The notes under the pieces are model-generated. The model ran no database searches. It had not been told where the DNA came from and saw nothing but the letters and a program-made list of their open reading frames with translations. From Methanocaldococcus indicus (GTDB taxonomy: Archaea > AGJL01 > Methanococci > Methanococcales > Methanocaldococcaceae), in NCBI RefSeq assembly GCF_049554935.1, contig NZ_CP186926.1, positions 832,001-896,000 on the forward strand: a DNA stretch of 64,000 nt, given 5' to 3'. Positions 45,311-53,694 of the stretch are shown piece after piece; the stretch's first letter is position 1; each line of letters begins with the position of its first letter. The translations under genes and the position numbers were made by a program.

Positions 45311-46249
45311 ATGGGAAAAAGAGATACTGAAGTTTATAAATATATATCAGGAATTAAGGACATAAAAATACCAGCAATCTTTAAAATATTATTTCTCCCA
45401 ATATTTGGTATTTTTCTTTCCTTAATTGGTTTTTATTTACTTTATACTAAATACTATCATCTGAACATAATAATTTTTGGATTAATGATAATTATTTTTG
45501 GAATTTTGGCTCTTATTTTTATACTTATTAGAGCATATGCCCCAGAGTTTGTTCTTGAACTGATAAAAATTAAATTTTTCAGGAAGGCTAATGAATGTAT
45601 CATATTTTTTGTTGATGAACTAGGAATAATGGACACTTCAGTGGGTGAAATAGACTTTTCAGTTAGGGAAGTGAAAGATAAAGCAACAGGATTAAGATAT
45701 GAATTTTCAGATGAAGATGTTGTGTATTTCAATAGAGTTCCTGTCTTATTTGTCAGCGGGATTTCTGGAAGGGCAATTCCAGCTAAATATGTGAATTCTC
45801 TCAATTTACTGAAAGATTTGGGATTTAAGACTGTTAAGGATGTCAAGAGATTTATTGAAGAGCATGAGAAAAGAATAGGTGAGAAATTAAAAAGACTAAA
45901 CAAGTTAAAATCTGAGTACCAAGTTCTAAAAGACGAAAATATAAAATTAGAGATTGAGAAGTTGGAGAAAGAGTTAGAACAAGAAAGAAACTTAATAAAA
46001 GAAATTGAGGATGCCATATCAACGATTCCTGCACAAACAATGAAACTTAAGAATGTTGTTAAAGTTTTAGGAAATGAAAATCCTGAAATTAAGATGGCAA
46101 AAGCCCAGAGGTTTTATTTAGCAGGATATATCAGAGGACAGAAGGATGAGGGATTTATTCAAATTCTTAAGTGGATTACTATAATTGCAATAATTTTAGC
46201 AGCCCCGACAATAACATATGTTATTGTAAAAGCGATGGGCGGGTTATAA
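45311..46249 (+). CDS. Membrane protein with coiled coil (2 N-terminal TM, 1 C-terminal TM)
   Basis: Hydrophobic segments plus E/K heptad region. Confidence 0.75.
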   Translation: MGKRDTEVYKYISGIKDIKIPAIFKILFLPIFGIFLSLIGFYLLYTKYYHLNIIIFGLMIIIFGILALIFILIRAYAPEFVLELIKIKFFRKANECIIFFVDELGIMDTSVGEIDFSVREVKDKATGLRYEFSDEDVVYFNRVPVLFVSGISGRAIPAKYVNSLNLLKDLGFKTVKDVKRFIEEHEKRIGEKLKRLNKLKSEYQVLKDENIKLEIEKLEKELEQERNLIKEIEDAISTIPAQTMKLKNVVKVLGNENPEIKMAKAQRFYLAGYIRGQKDEGFIQILKWITIIAIILAAPTITYVIVKAMGGL

Positions 46250-46944
46250 TGCTTCCTAAGCTTGAAACTATTGACTTTTACACAGGAGAACGGATTGAAT
46301 ACATCACATATGATGAATTAGAATATATTTGCAATGGGTTATGGAGCCAGTATAGGATATTGGAAGGGAGAAAGTCAGGATATAGACTATTAAGAGCTTG
46401 CTTCATATTCTCATTTTTATTTTTTACAGGGGCGAGAATTACTGAATTTTTATTATCACAAAAATTCTGCATTGATTTTGAACAAATGAACTACTATATA
46501 CCGCAGTTAAAGAAAAAATACTGGAAGAAGCTTCCAGATGACCCTTACATTGACCCTTATGAGAGATTTGAAAACGGGTTAATTAAATATGTTGAAATTC
46601 CAATTGACCATACTCCAAAACACCATATAAAATATTGGAAAGAATGGCTAAAAAATAGAGATGAAGAAGATTTCTTAGTAGATATAAAAGAGAGACAAGT
46701 TAGAAATGTAATTTATAAGTATTCAAAAGAATATTTAGGGAGAAAAATACATCCACATGCCCTTAGACATTCATTAGGTGTTTATTTGACTAATGATTTA
46801 AAACTTCCAGCACAGGATGTTCAAAAAATCATGAGGCATACCAATCCCGATGTGACTTTTAGATACATAAGATTGAAAAATATTGATTTAAAGGAAAAAT
46901 TAAAGTCAGTAAAGGGCAGAGATAATGAAGAGCTGGATGACTGA
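46249..46944 (+). CDS. Tyrosine recombinase, catalytic domain only (likely start 46249)
   Basis: FTGARITE (R), LKK (K), HPHALRHS (HxxR), MRH, TFRY (Y); TAATG coupling to the upstream gene. Confidence 0.9.
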   Translation: MLPKLETIDFYTGERIEYITYDELEYICNGLWSQYRILEGRKSGYRLLRACFIFSFLFFTGARITEFLLSQKFCIDFEQMNYYIPQLKKKYWKKLPDDPYIDPYERFENGLIKYVEIPIDHTPKHHIKYWKEWLKNRDEEDFLVDIKERQVRNVIYKYSKEYLGRKIHPHALRHSLGVYLTNDLKLPAQDVQKIMRHTNPDVTFRYIRLKNIDLKEKLKSVKGRDNEELDD

Positions 46945-48331
46945 AATATACAGAACTTATAGGGAAGAGCAAGGGTTTCTAAACAGGTATGATTTGATTA
47001 AACACTGCATATTGTCAATTGCTGAACTAATATACCTCATATCCACGGGAGAGGTTAAATATCCTCCTCAGGAGATTTATAAAAGAATTACAAACTCTGC
47101 AAGAATCCTATGCGGATGGGCAAATATTTCATATGATAGTCAATTAGATACATTTGGAAATATAGCAAATGCTGTAAAACAGATTAGAAAACAAAATATT
47201 ATTTTTACACAGTTAGGAAAAGCAGATATTCTATTAAGAACAATTAAATATGTTATAGATGCTGTTAATACTACAGATTTGTATGAATTAAAGTATATAG
47301 CCTCTAATTATCTTTGGGCAGTGTCTAATATTGTGTATGATATTAAGGTAGAGAGACCACAAAAAGGGCAAAACATATCAGAATATATTGAGAATTTGAT
47401 AATTGATTATTATAAGCATAATGTATTGCCTAAACCCGTTGAGGTAAGATGGGTAGATTTAAAAAAAGACAATGAATTTGCAAAGACAACAATCTTTGAA
47501 GACATTTACACAAGAATTGAAAGAAATACAAATAACTTAATTTTCATAGAAGGAGAACATGGAGTTGGGAAGAGTTATACAGCACTCGCTTTAGCTATGG
47601 AAATAGACCCAGACTTTGAGCCAGAGAAGCAGATAGTTTTTGATATTCCGCAGTTTATAGAAAGATGCAATGACATGAAAAGAAAAAACCTAATTGGGAA
47701 AGTTATTATATTTGATGAGGTAGGAGCAGCGGCATCTGCTTTAACAAGCTGGGAATTTGAGAACATCTTATTTGATAGATATTTACAGCTTTTTAGGTAT
47801 CTGAGATTGACAGTAATTTTTACATCGAGAGATATCTCAGATACTATAAGGAGATTGAGAAAAAGAGTTACTCATTACATTGTCATGGAAGAACCGCAAA
47901 AATGTGAAATCTACAAAGTGAAAAGTAGATTTAACATTTCAAAAGACAAATTAGAAGTTGATTATGAGCCATACTACTATGAGGACGACTATAACATATA
48001 TCTATTGAAATTTAATGTTCCAAGAGTTTCAAAGGACATTGCAGAAGTCTATGAAAAACTAAGAGATAAGAATGTTACTTCAAAATACTTAGAGAAAATT
48101 GAAGAAGAAATTAAATTACTAAAGAATGACAAACTATTGTCAGATATGGCAAAGGAATTCATTGAAAAATACATAGAAGATGAAGAGGCATATATACAAA
48201 AAGGAAGAAGCAAAGGAAGGATTTCTACTGCTTATTTATCAGAAAAGTTTGGAATTGGTGAAAAAACAGCGAGAAAATTAAGAAACCTAATAGAAAAAAT
48301 GCTGGCTAAACAGCAAAATCAAGAAACATAA
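46925..48331 (+). CDS. P-loop ATPase, putative packaging/assembly ATPase
   Basis: GEHGVGKS Walker A, IIFDE Walker B, D...LR.R arginine-finger-like motif; possible C-terminal HTH. Confidence 0.8.
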   Translation: MKSWMTEIYRTYREEQGFLNRYDLIKHCILSIAELIYLISTGEVKYPPQEIYKRITNSARILCGWANISYDSQLDTFGNIANAVKQIRKQNIIFTQLGKADILLRTIKYVIDAVNTTDLYELKYIASNYLWAVSNIVYDIKVERPQKGQNISEYIENLIIDYYKHNVLPKPVEVRWVDLKKDNEFAKTTIFEDIYTRIERNTNNLIFIEGEHGVGKSYTALALAMEIDPDFEPEKQIVFDIPQFIERCNDMKRKNLIGKVIIFDEVGAAASALTSWEFENILFDRYLQLFRYLRLTVIFTSRDISDTIRRLRKRVTHYIVMEEPQKCEIYKVKSRFNISKDKLEVDYEPYYYEDDYNIYLLKFNVPRVSKDIAEVYEKLRDKNVTSKYLEKIEEEIKLLKNDKLLSDMAKEFIEKYIEDEEAYIQKGRSKGRISTAYLSEKFGIGEKTARKLRNLIEKMLAKQQNQET

Positions 48332-48344
48332 TTTACGCTTTTTT

Positions 48345-48356
48345 CTCTGAGGTTAC
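48345..48356 (+). promoter_or_regulatory. CTCTGAGGTTAC motif, copy 3
   Basis: Followed by AATATAATA, a GGAGA SD and TTG at 48379. Confidence 0.65.
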
Positions 48357-48378
48357 AATATAATAGTAGGAGATAAAA

Positions 48379-48750
48379 TTGCAAGTTCAATATGTAATTT
48401 ATATAGCTTATTTGGCATATTTGGCTTATGAAGATTATAAATATAAATCAATTAGAGTCATTGATGGAGCATTATTTTCATTAATTTTCACAATTATAAA
48501 TCCTGAAAATGTTCTAATCTCAATAATCTTTGCTTTAATGTTGTATGTCCTTAGATTGTATGGAATTGGAGATGTGTTCGTAGTTATAGCTACTGTTTCA
48601 ATGTTTGGGATTGATGGGATATTCGTGGTTTTAATCTCATTGCTCTTAGCATATGTCTTTGGAATCATTATTAGAAATAAAAAGATTCCGTACATTCCAA
48701 TGCTTCTTGTTGGTGTTATATCATGGCAGTTGCTCCAGCTATCTATCTGA
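48379..48750 (+). CDS. Minimal A24 (prepilin/class III signal) peptidase
   Basis: AYEDYKYKSI first Asp, GIGD second Asp (GxGD), IPYIP C-terminal motif, multi-TM. Confidence 0.8.
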   Translation: MQVQYVIYIAYLAYLAYEDYKYKSIRVIDGALFSLIFTIINPENVLISIIFALMLYVLRLYGIGDVFVVIATVSMFGIDGIFVVLISLLLAYVFGIIIRNKKIPYIPMLLVGVISWQLLQLSI

Positions 48751-48968
48751 TTATTGAATTTATAATTATAGCTATTGTGTATTGGATGGTTACTCCAGTT
48801 TTTAATTATTTTATACAATTAGCCCAGATAAACGGGTGGACTCCTGAAGTTACGAGTGTTATAGTCTGGGTTTGGAAATTATTTCCACTAATTTTGATAT
48901 TTGGAACAATAATAGGATATTTCCTTTGGGTCTCAAGAAAAGATGTCACTTCAGGACCAATAGTGTGA
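48723..48968 (+). CDS. Small two-helix hydrophobic protein, possible minor capsid (VP3-like)
   Basis: 81 aa, two hydrophobic helices with a short linker. Confidence 0.55.
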   Translation: MAVAPAIYLIIEFIIIAIVYWMVTPVFNYFIQLAQINGWTPEVTSVIVWVWKLFPLILIFGTIIGYFLWVSRKDVTSGPIV

Positions 48969-48972
48969 TATT

Positions 48973-51471
48973 ATGAAAAAAATAATCTTCACAATACTAC
49001 TTACTGTACTGTTAGCTTCTGTTTATTGCAGTGATTTCAAGTACTACAAAGACTTTATTTTTTATTCTAAATCTTCAGGAGAAGGTGTTTATTATGTAAC
49101 TCTAAATGTTTCTGGGGAACCGGTATCCACTGATTGGTATAGGAAAATAAGTGTATATGATTTAGACAATAATATCACACTAAAAAAATATGTTGCAATT
49201 ATAAATAATACAACAGTTAGAGTGTATTTTCTAAAAAATTGGAAAAAAGGTTTAAATTTTGTTAGAGTTTATTATGATAGTGATATAATTACAGAAGTTC
49301 CAGATAGTCCAGATATATTCACATTTATTGATGATTTTGAAAATTCAACAAAATTTAAAGTGTTAGAAGGAAATGTATCTTACTATTTTAAGAACTCAAC
49401 TATAACAATTAATTCTACTACATTATCTAAACTTTCACCAAATCTCTCAGTTTCTGGAAATTATACAATTTCTTGTAAAATTGTAAATTTTACAGTTCAG
49501 AGTTACCCATATTGGATTGAGGATACTGGCTCTAACTATTACATTTGGACAAAGGTAAATATCAGTGCAAATTCAAACATTACATTGTATATCAAAAAAG
49601 TGGATGGTTATCATCCAGATGGAGATAGTGTTTTCTTGTTTTTTGATGATTTTGATGCGGATAGTTTAAACAACAGTATATGGAGTGTATATGGAACGTC
49701 ATCAACGACAGTAGACATCGTAGATGGCTGGCTTAGATTACATCCAGATAAGGAAAATAGCAATATAGGAGTAAAGCATTACTGTTCTTATTCAAATGTT
49801 AGAATTGGCATAAAATACAATTATGTTGCTGGAGATGGATGTGAAATTCCTTATTTGGATATAGATGGGAACAAAATTTCTCTTCCAAAGACAAGCTATC
49901 CAAATGATTCTGCGACTGGAACTCAAATTCATTATTATGAAACCGGAAGATTATCAATATCATCATATATTGGATTGCTACAAAGTAGAGCAGGGTGGGA
50001 TGGTGAAACAAGATTCGATTACATCTTCGTTAGAAAATACGCAGACAAAGAACCAACGGTTTCAGTTGAGCAAATATCCACAGATACTTGGAAAGTTACC
50101 ATAACAAACCCTAACGATTATGATTTAACTGACTTCCAAGTAAAAATAAATGGAACTGGGATTGTTAATTCAAAAACAGATAGTTTATTAATAAGTAACT
50201 ATAATGGAATATTTTTTGCCAACGAAACAGTTCCAAGTTATCTAGGAATAATTGACATTGATGTTTATAACAATACATTCATAGCTACAAAAAACAATGA
50301 AGAAATTATAAAAACTGGCGTTATTAACAATACAACAGGTATTTTTGGAATATCTCTTTTAGGTAGTGCAACATACGATTGGTTTTTAGTTTATAAAAAA
50401 TTCCCTGTGTTACTCATTGCAACTTCATCAAATTACACAACTGAATTAATTAACAAAACAATTACATTATATAATGAAAATAACAAAACAACATATTTTT
50501 ACTCAAAATTAGATAAAATAGATAGTAATCTAACATTAATATTCTCAAATGGTTTAGTATCAAAAATATACACAATAACACCAGAAAACTATAATTCTAC
50601 ACTGAATCTTGAAGTTCCAGTTTTTGGGGAATTGACTGTTATATATAATGGATGGGTTAGAAAATTCAGCTATGGTATGTATGATGAAAATATAAACGTA
50701 ATTATCCCAACAAGTGATGTAGTGTCTTGGTATATAAGACTTGATAAAACTTCTGATGTAAGAATTGAAGATACCTCTGGAAACGTGCTTTCAGAGTATA
50801 AAAATACATTAGGATTTGAATTTCCAGCAATAGTTGGGAGAACATACAGAATATATATAAATGGAAAATTAAAGGATGAAAAAACAGCAATCTCTAATGA
50901 GTATGTTTATTATCAGACATCAGGTAATGTTGGAGAATTAACGATAGTTAATAATGTCTCTATACCTCAATCTGTAGATTTAATTTATAATTCAATATAC
51001 AAAAATGGCACAATTAATATTAATTATTCAATATTACAAAATGTTGAAACTTCAATAAAAATAGAAATCTACGATGATACAGGAAAGTTATTATATAACA
51101 CAACTGTTCAGGCAAGTAATCAGATTAATTCTCTCAAAGTTTATGTTGGAAATTCTTCAACATATTATAGAGTTGTTTTAACAACTGCAGACGGAAAGAA
51201 ATATGTTTCTTTAGTTTATACACCTAACTCTACAAATACTGGATTTTCTCTTTTAGAAAATTGGAAAAAGTGGATTAGTATATTGATATTGTTCATTACA
51301 TTAGTTACGTTCTCATATATTGATATTGAAGCTGGGACAATAGCAACAATCTCTATGATGCTATTTTTAGAACTAATTGGTTTCTTAGATTGGATGGATA
51401 TAAAACTAAAGTCAGTTCTATTCTTCCTTCTTCTGGTACCTCTTGGACTTAAAATAAAGAGGGGATGGTGA
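48973..51471 (+). CDS. Large secreted, membrane-anchored DUF2341-domain glycoprotein (putative adhesin/tail)
   Basis: Signal peptide; YWIE..IWTKV..TLY..VFLFFDDF DUF2341 pattern; many NxS/T sequons; three C-terminal TMs. Confidence 0.75.
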   Translation: MKKIIFTILLTVLLASVYCSDFKYYKDFIFYSKSSGEGVYYVTLNVSGEPVSTDWYRKISVYDLDNNITLKKYVAIINNTTVRVYFLKNWKKGLNFVRVYYDSDIITEVPDSPDIFTFIDDFENSTKFKVLEGNVSYYFKNSTITINSTTLSKLSPNLSVSGNYTISCKIVNFTVQSYPYWIEDTGSNYYIWTKVNISANSNITLYIKKVDGYHPDGDSVFLFFDDFDADSLNNSIWSVYGTSSTTVDIVDGWLRLHPDKENSNIGVKHYCSYSNVRIGIKYNYVAGDGCEIPYLDIDGNKISLPKTSYPNDSATGTQIHYYETGRLSISSYIGLLQSRAGWDGETRFDYIFVRKYADKEPTVSVEQISTDTWKVTITNPNDYDLTDFQVKINGTGIVNSKTDSLLISNYNGIFFANETVPSYLGIIDIDVYNNTFIATKNNEEIIKTGVINNTTGIFGISLLGSATYDWFLVYKKFPVLLIATSSNYTTELINKTITLYNENNKTTYFYSKLDKIDSNLTLIFSNGLVSKIYTITPENYNSTLNLEVPVFGELTVIYNGWVRKFSYGMYDENINVIIPTSDVVSWYIRLDKTSDVRIEDTSGNVLSEYKNTLGFEFPAIVGRTYRIYINGKLKDEKTAISNEYVYYQTSGNVGELTIVNNVSIPQSVDLIYNSIYKNGTININYSILQNVETSIKIEIYDDTGKLLYNTTVQASNQINSLKVYVGNSSTYYRVVLTTADGKKYVSLVYTPNSTNTGFSLLENWKKWISILILFITLVTFSYIDIEAGTIATISMMLFLELIGFLDWMDIKLKSVLFFLLLVPLGLKIKRGW

Positions 51472-51869
51472 TGAACTATTCAAAATATCTTCTATTTATT
51501 GTTACTGTAAATATGATAATTCCTCTGTTATCCACGTCATATGACATAAATTATAACTCTGGAATAATGCAGATGTTTCAATCAACACTATTTAATGTTC
51601 AGAGCAGTATAGAATCATTCTTTAGTTCAGAAAAATTTTCAGCTATTGATGCTGCTTTTGCTTCTGTTTCTCTTATTGTGAATGGTGCCCTTCTCATAAT
51701 TCAATTAGTTGCATTTGGTCCTCTACTTACTGCTAATGTTATCAATACTATAGCTGGATTTACCCCAATAGTTCAGCCACTTACATCAATATTTACAATA
51801 ATATCTTACTTGGCATATGTTATGATAATTTGGGACATATTCTTTAGAAATAAAACTCTAACAATGTGA
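51465..51869 (+). CDS. Viral membrane protein
   Basis: Several hydrophobic helices; overlaps both neighbours. Confidence 0.7.
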   Translation: MVMNYSKYLLFIVTVNMIIPLLSTSYDINYNSGIMQMFQSTLFNVQSSIESFFSSEKFSAIDAAFASVSLIVNGALLIIQLVAFGPLLTANVINTIAGFTPIVQPLTSIFTIISYLAYVMIIWDIFFRNKTLTM

Positions 51870-52252
51870 AAAGTGAAAATATGGAAAATATAACTCTTCC
51901 AAATTCTACTGAGATTGTCACTCCAGTTGCAAATTTTACAAATTCAACAATATTAAACACTCTTAAAAATACAAGCGTTTCACATCCCCTTGATTTCTAC
52001 TATAATCTAACCCATTCATTTTTTGAAGCTGGTTTTGGAAATTACTGGGTTTTCATCATTTGGTTTGTTCCTACTGTTACGATTGCCATAAGAACAAAAA
52101 ATCCTGCACATATTGCGTTCGTATCTGCTCTTACTTCAGCAGGAACTGCAACTCTTTCTTCGTCTGGACCTATTCAATATCTTATGATATTCATAACTAT
52201 CATCTCAGTGATTTCTGCAATTGCATACTATTACTACTCTGGAACTGGGTGA
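51866..52252 (+). CDS. Viral membrane protein with N-terminal sequon-rich region
   Basis: NIT/NST/NFT/NTS/NLT sequons followed by about 3 TMs. Confidence 0.7.
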   Translation: MKSENMENITLPNSTEIVTPVANFTNSTILNTLKNTSVSHPLDFYYNLTHSFFEAGFGNYWVFIIWFVPTVTIAIRTKNPAHIAFVSALTSAGTATLSSSGPIQYLMIFITIISVISAIAYYYYSGTG

Positions 52253-52257
52253 GCAAA

Positions 52258-53196
52258 ATGTTCCTTCTATTATGTCTCTCAAGAAAATGCAACTTAAATT
52301 GCATTGGCTGTCATGCACACAAATCAGATGAATTAGTACATGAAAACAATCTAAAATTTTTTAAAAGAGCTTTAATCCATACTTTACAACAATACAGACC
52401 AAGAGAAATATGTTTTCATGGTGCTGAAACATTTGTTTGTTCTGAGACAGTCTTAAAAGAAGTCTTAGAAATCATTAACAAATACAAGATAAAAGAAGCT
52501 AAACTAAGTTGCATGTCAAATGGAACTTTAGTTACTGAAAAAAAATACAACTTAATGAAACAGTTTGGGGTATGTGTAAATATCAGTTACAGAGGACCAG
52601 AAGACTTATACAAAAAGATAACCAGAACAGATACTTATGCTGACTGGTTAGAAGGAATTTACTTAGTAAAACCTAAATCAACAATTTTCTATTATCCAAC
52701 AGAATTAGAGGATGAGATTTTGAATAGATACAAAGAGATTGTTGATGATATTGTTGATAAGGGATTCAAATCTGTAAGATTTTCTGAATATTGCTCATCA
52801 ACTCCAAATAAAAGACATTCTGAGTTTGTAATCAAATGTCAAAAATATATAATTAAGATGGGATATGATTTGCAGATACCTGAAATAGTTGATTTATTGA
52901 AGAGAATACAAGGATTGCAGCCAAAAATGAGTTGTAGTTGGGAACATAATTGTATGCAGTTCTTCTGCTTACAACCAAATGGTAAAATGACTTTCTGTAA
53001 TAGGAATATGAAGTCATATAGAGCATTTTATAAAGAATGCTATAGTTGTGAGGCTTATCCATTTTGTAAAGGAGGATGCGAAGCCGTTAGAGAGAAAAAT
53101 GGAGGAATATTCCCATATTGTGATGATAGAAGGAAAATAGTCAGATATGTTAGAGAGAATTACTTTGATTTGGCTTCATATTATGACATTATGTAA
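52258..53196 (+). CDS. Radical SAM/SPASM-domain enzyme (peptide-maturase-like); likely start 52258
   Basis: CNLNCIGC, FHGAE, SNGT; SPASM cysteines C..C..FC..CYSC.....CKGGC..C; GGTGA SD before the ATG. Confidence 0.88.
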   Translation: MFLLLCLSRKCNLNCIGCHAHKSDELVHENNLKFFKRALIHTLQQYRPREICFHGAETFVCSETVLKEVLEIINKYKIKEAKLSCMSNGTLVTEKKYNLMKQFGVCVNISYRGPEDLYKKITRTDTYADWLEGIYLVKPKSTIFYYPTELEDEILNRYKEIVDDIVDKGFKSVRFSEYCSSTPNKRHSEFVIKCQKYIIKMGYDLQIPEIVDLLKRIQGLQPKMSCSWEHNCMQFFCLQPNGKMTFCNRNMKSYRAFYKECYSCEAYPFCKGGCEAVREKNGGIFPYCDDRRKIVRYVRENYFDLASYYDIM

Positions 53197-53205
53197 GGAG
53201 ATACT

Positions 53206-53694
53206 ATGATTATTGCCTTAGAAGGGCATCACAGAAGTGGAAAGACAACATTATCTAAGGCATTAGAGGAGTATGGTTTTATCAGAGTAAGAGAATACCT
53301 ATCAAAGTATAGAGTTCTAAGAGCTGATAGGCAGTTGGATGATTGTTCAGTATTCAAAGAAATTCTTGATAATAATGTTTATCAGTATGAACTCTACAAA
53401 GACTGTTATGTAGTATTTGACAGAAGCATATATGATATTTACATTGCAGCTTTCATTTGTTGCAAACCAGCAGCATTTGAAGAATTCAACAGATATTTCA
53501 ACAGAACTACTAAGAAAATCAGGTATGATTACTTAATTTGGTTAGAAGAGTTACATCCTCCTCAGTCTGGCATAGAATATACATTCAATACATTATGCCG
53601 TTGGAAAATCAAACCCATTTGTAATGTTATTTTGCCCGCAACAACAGTTGAAGACAGAATAAAACAATTGATAGGGATAATATGCAAAGAATGA
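53206..53694 (+). CDS. NMP-kinase-like P-loop protein (thymidylate kinase/AAA_28-like)
   Basis: IALEGHHRSGKTT, VFDRS; GGAGA SD. Confidence 0.8.
   Translation: MIIALEGHHRSGKTTLSKALEEYGFIRVREYLSKYRVLRADRQLDDCSVFKEILDNNVYQYELYKDCYVVFDRSIYDIYIAAFICCKPAAFEEFNRYFNRTTKKIRYDYLIWLEELHPPQSGIEYTFNTLCRWKIKPICNVILPATTVEDRIKQLIGIICKE

Noticed and set aside
46171-46248. N-terminal extension of the recombinase
   Set aside because: Overlaps the upstream gene; TAATG coupling supports a start at 46249
52060-52257. Cys-rich N-terminal extension of the rSAM ORF
   Set aside because: Alternate frame of the upstream membrane gene; an SD and typical rSAM start lie at 52258
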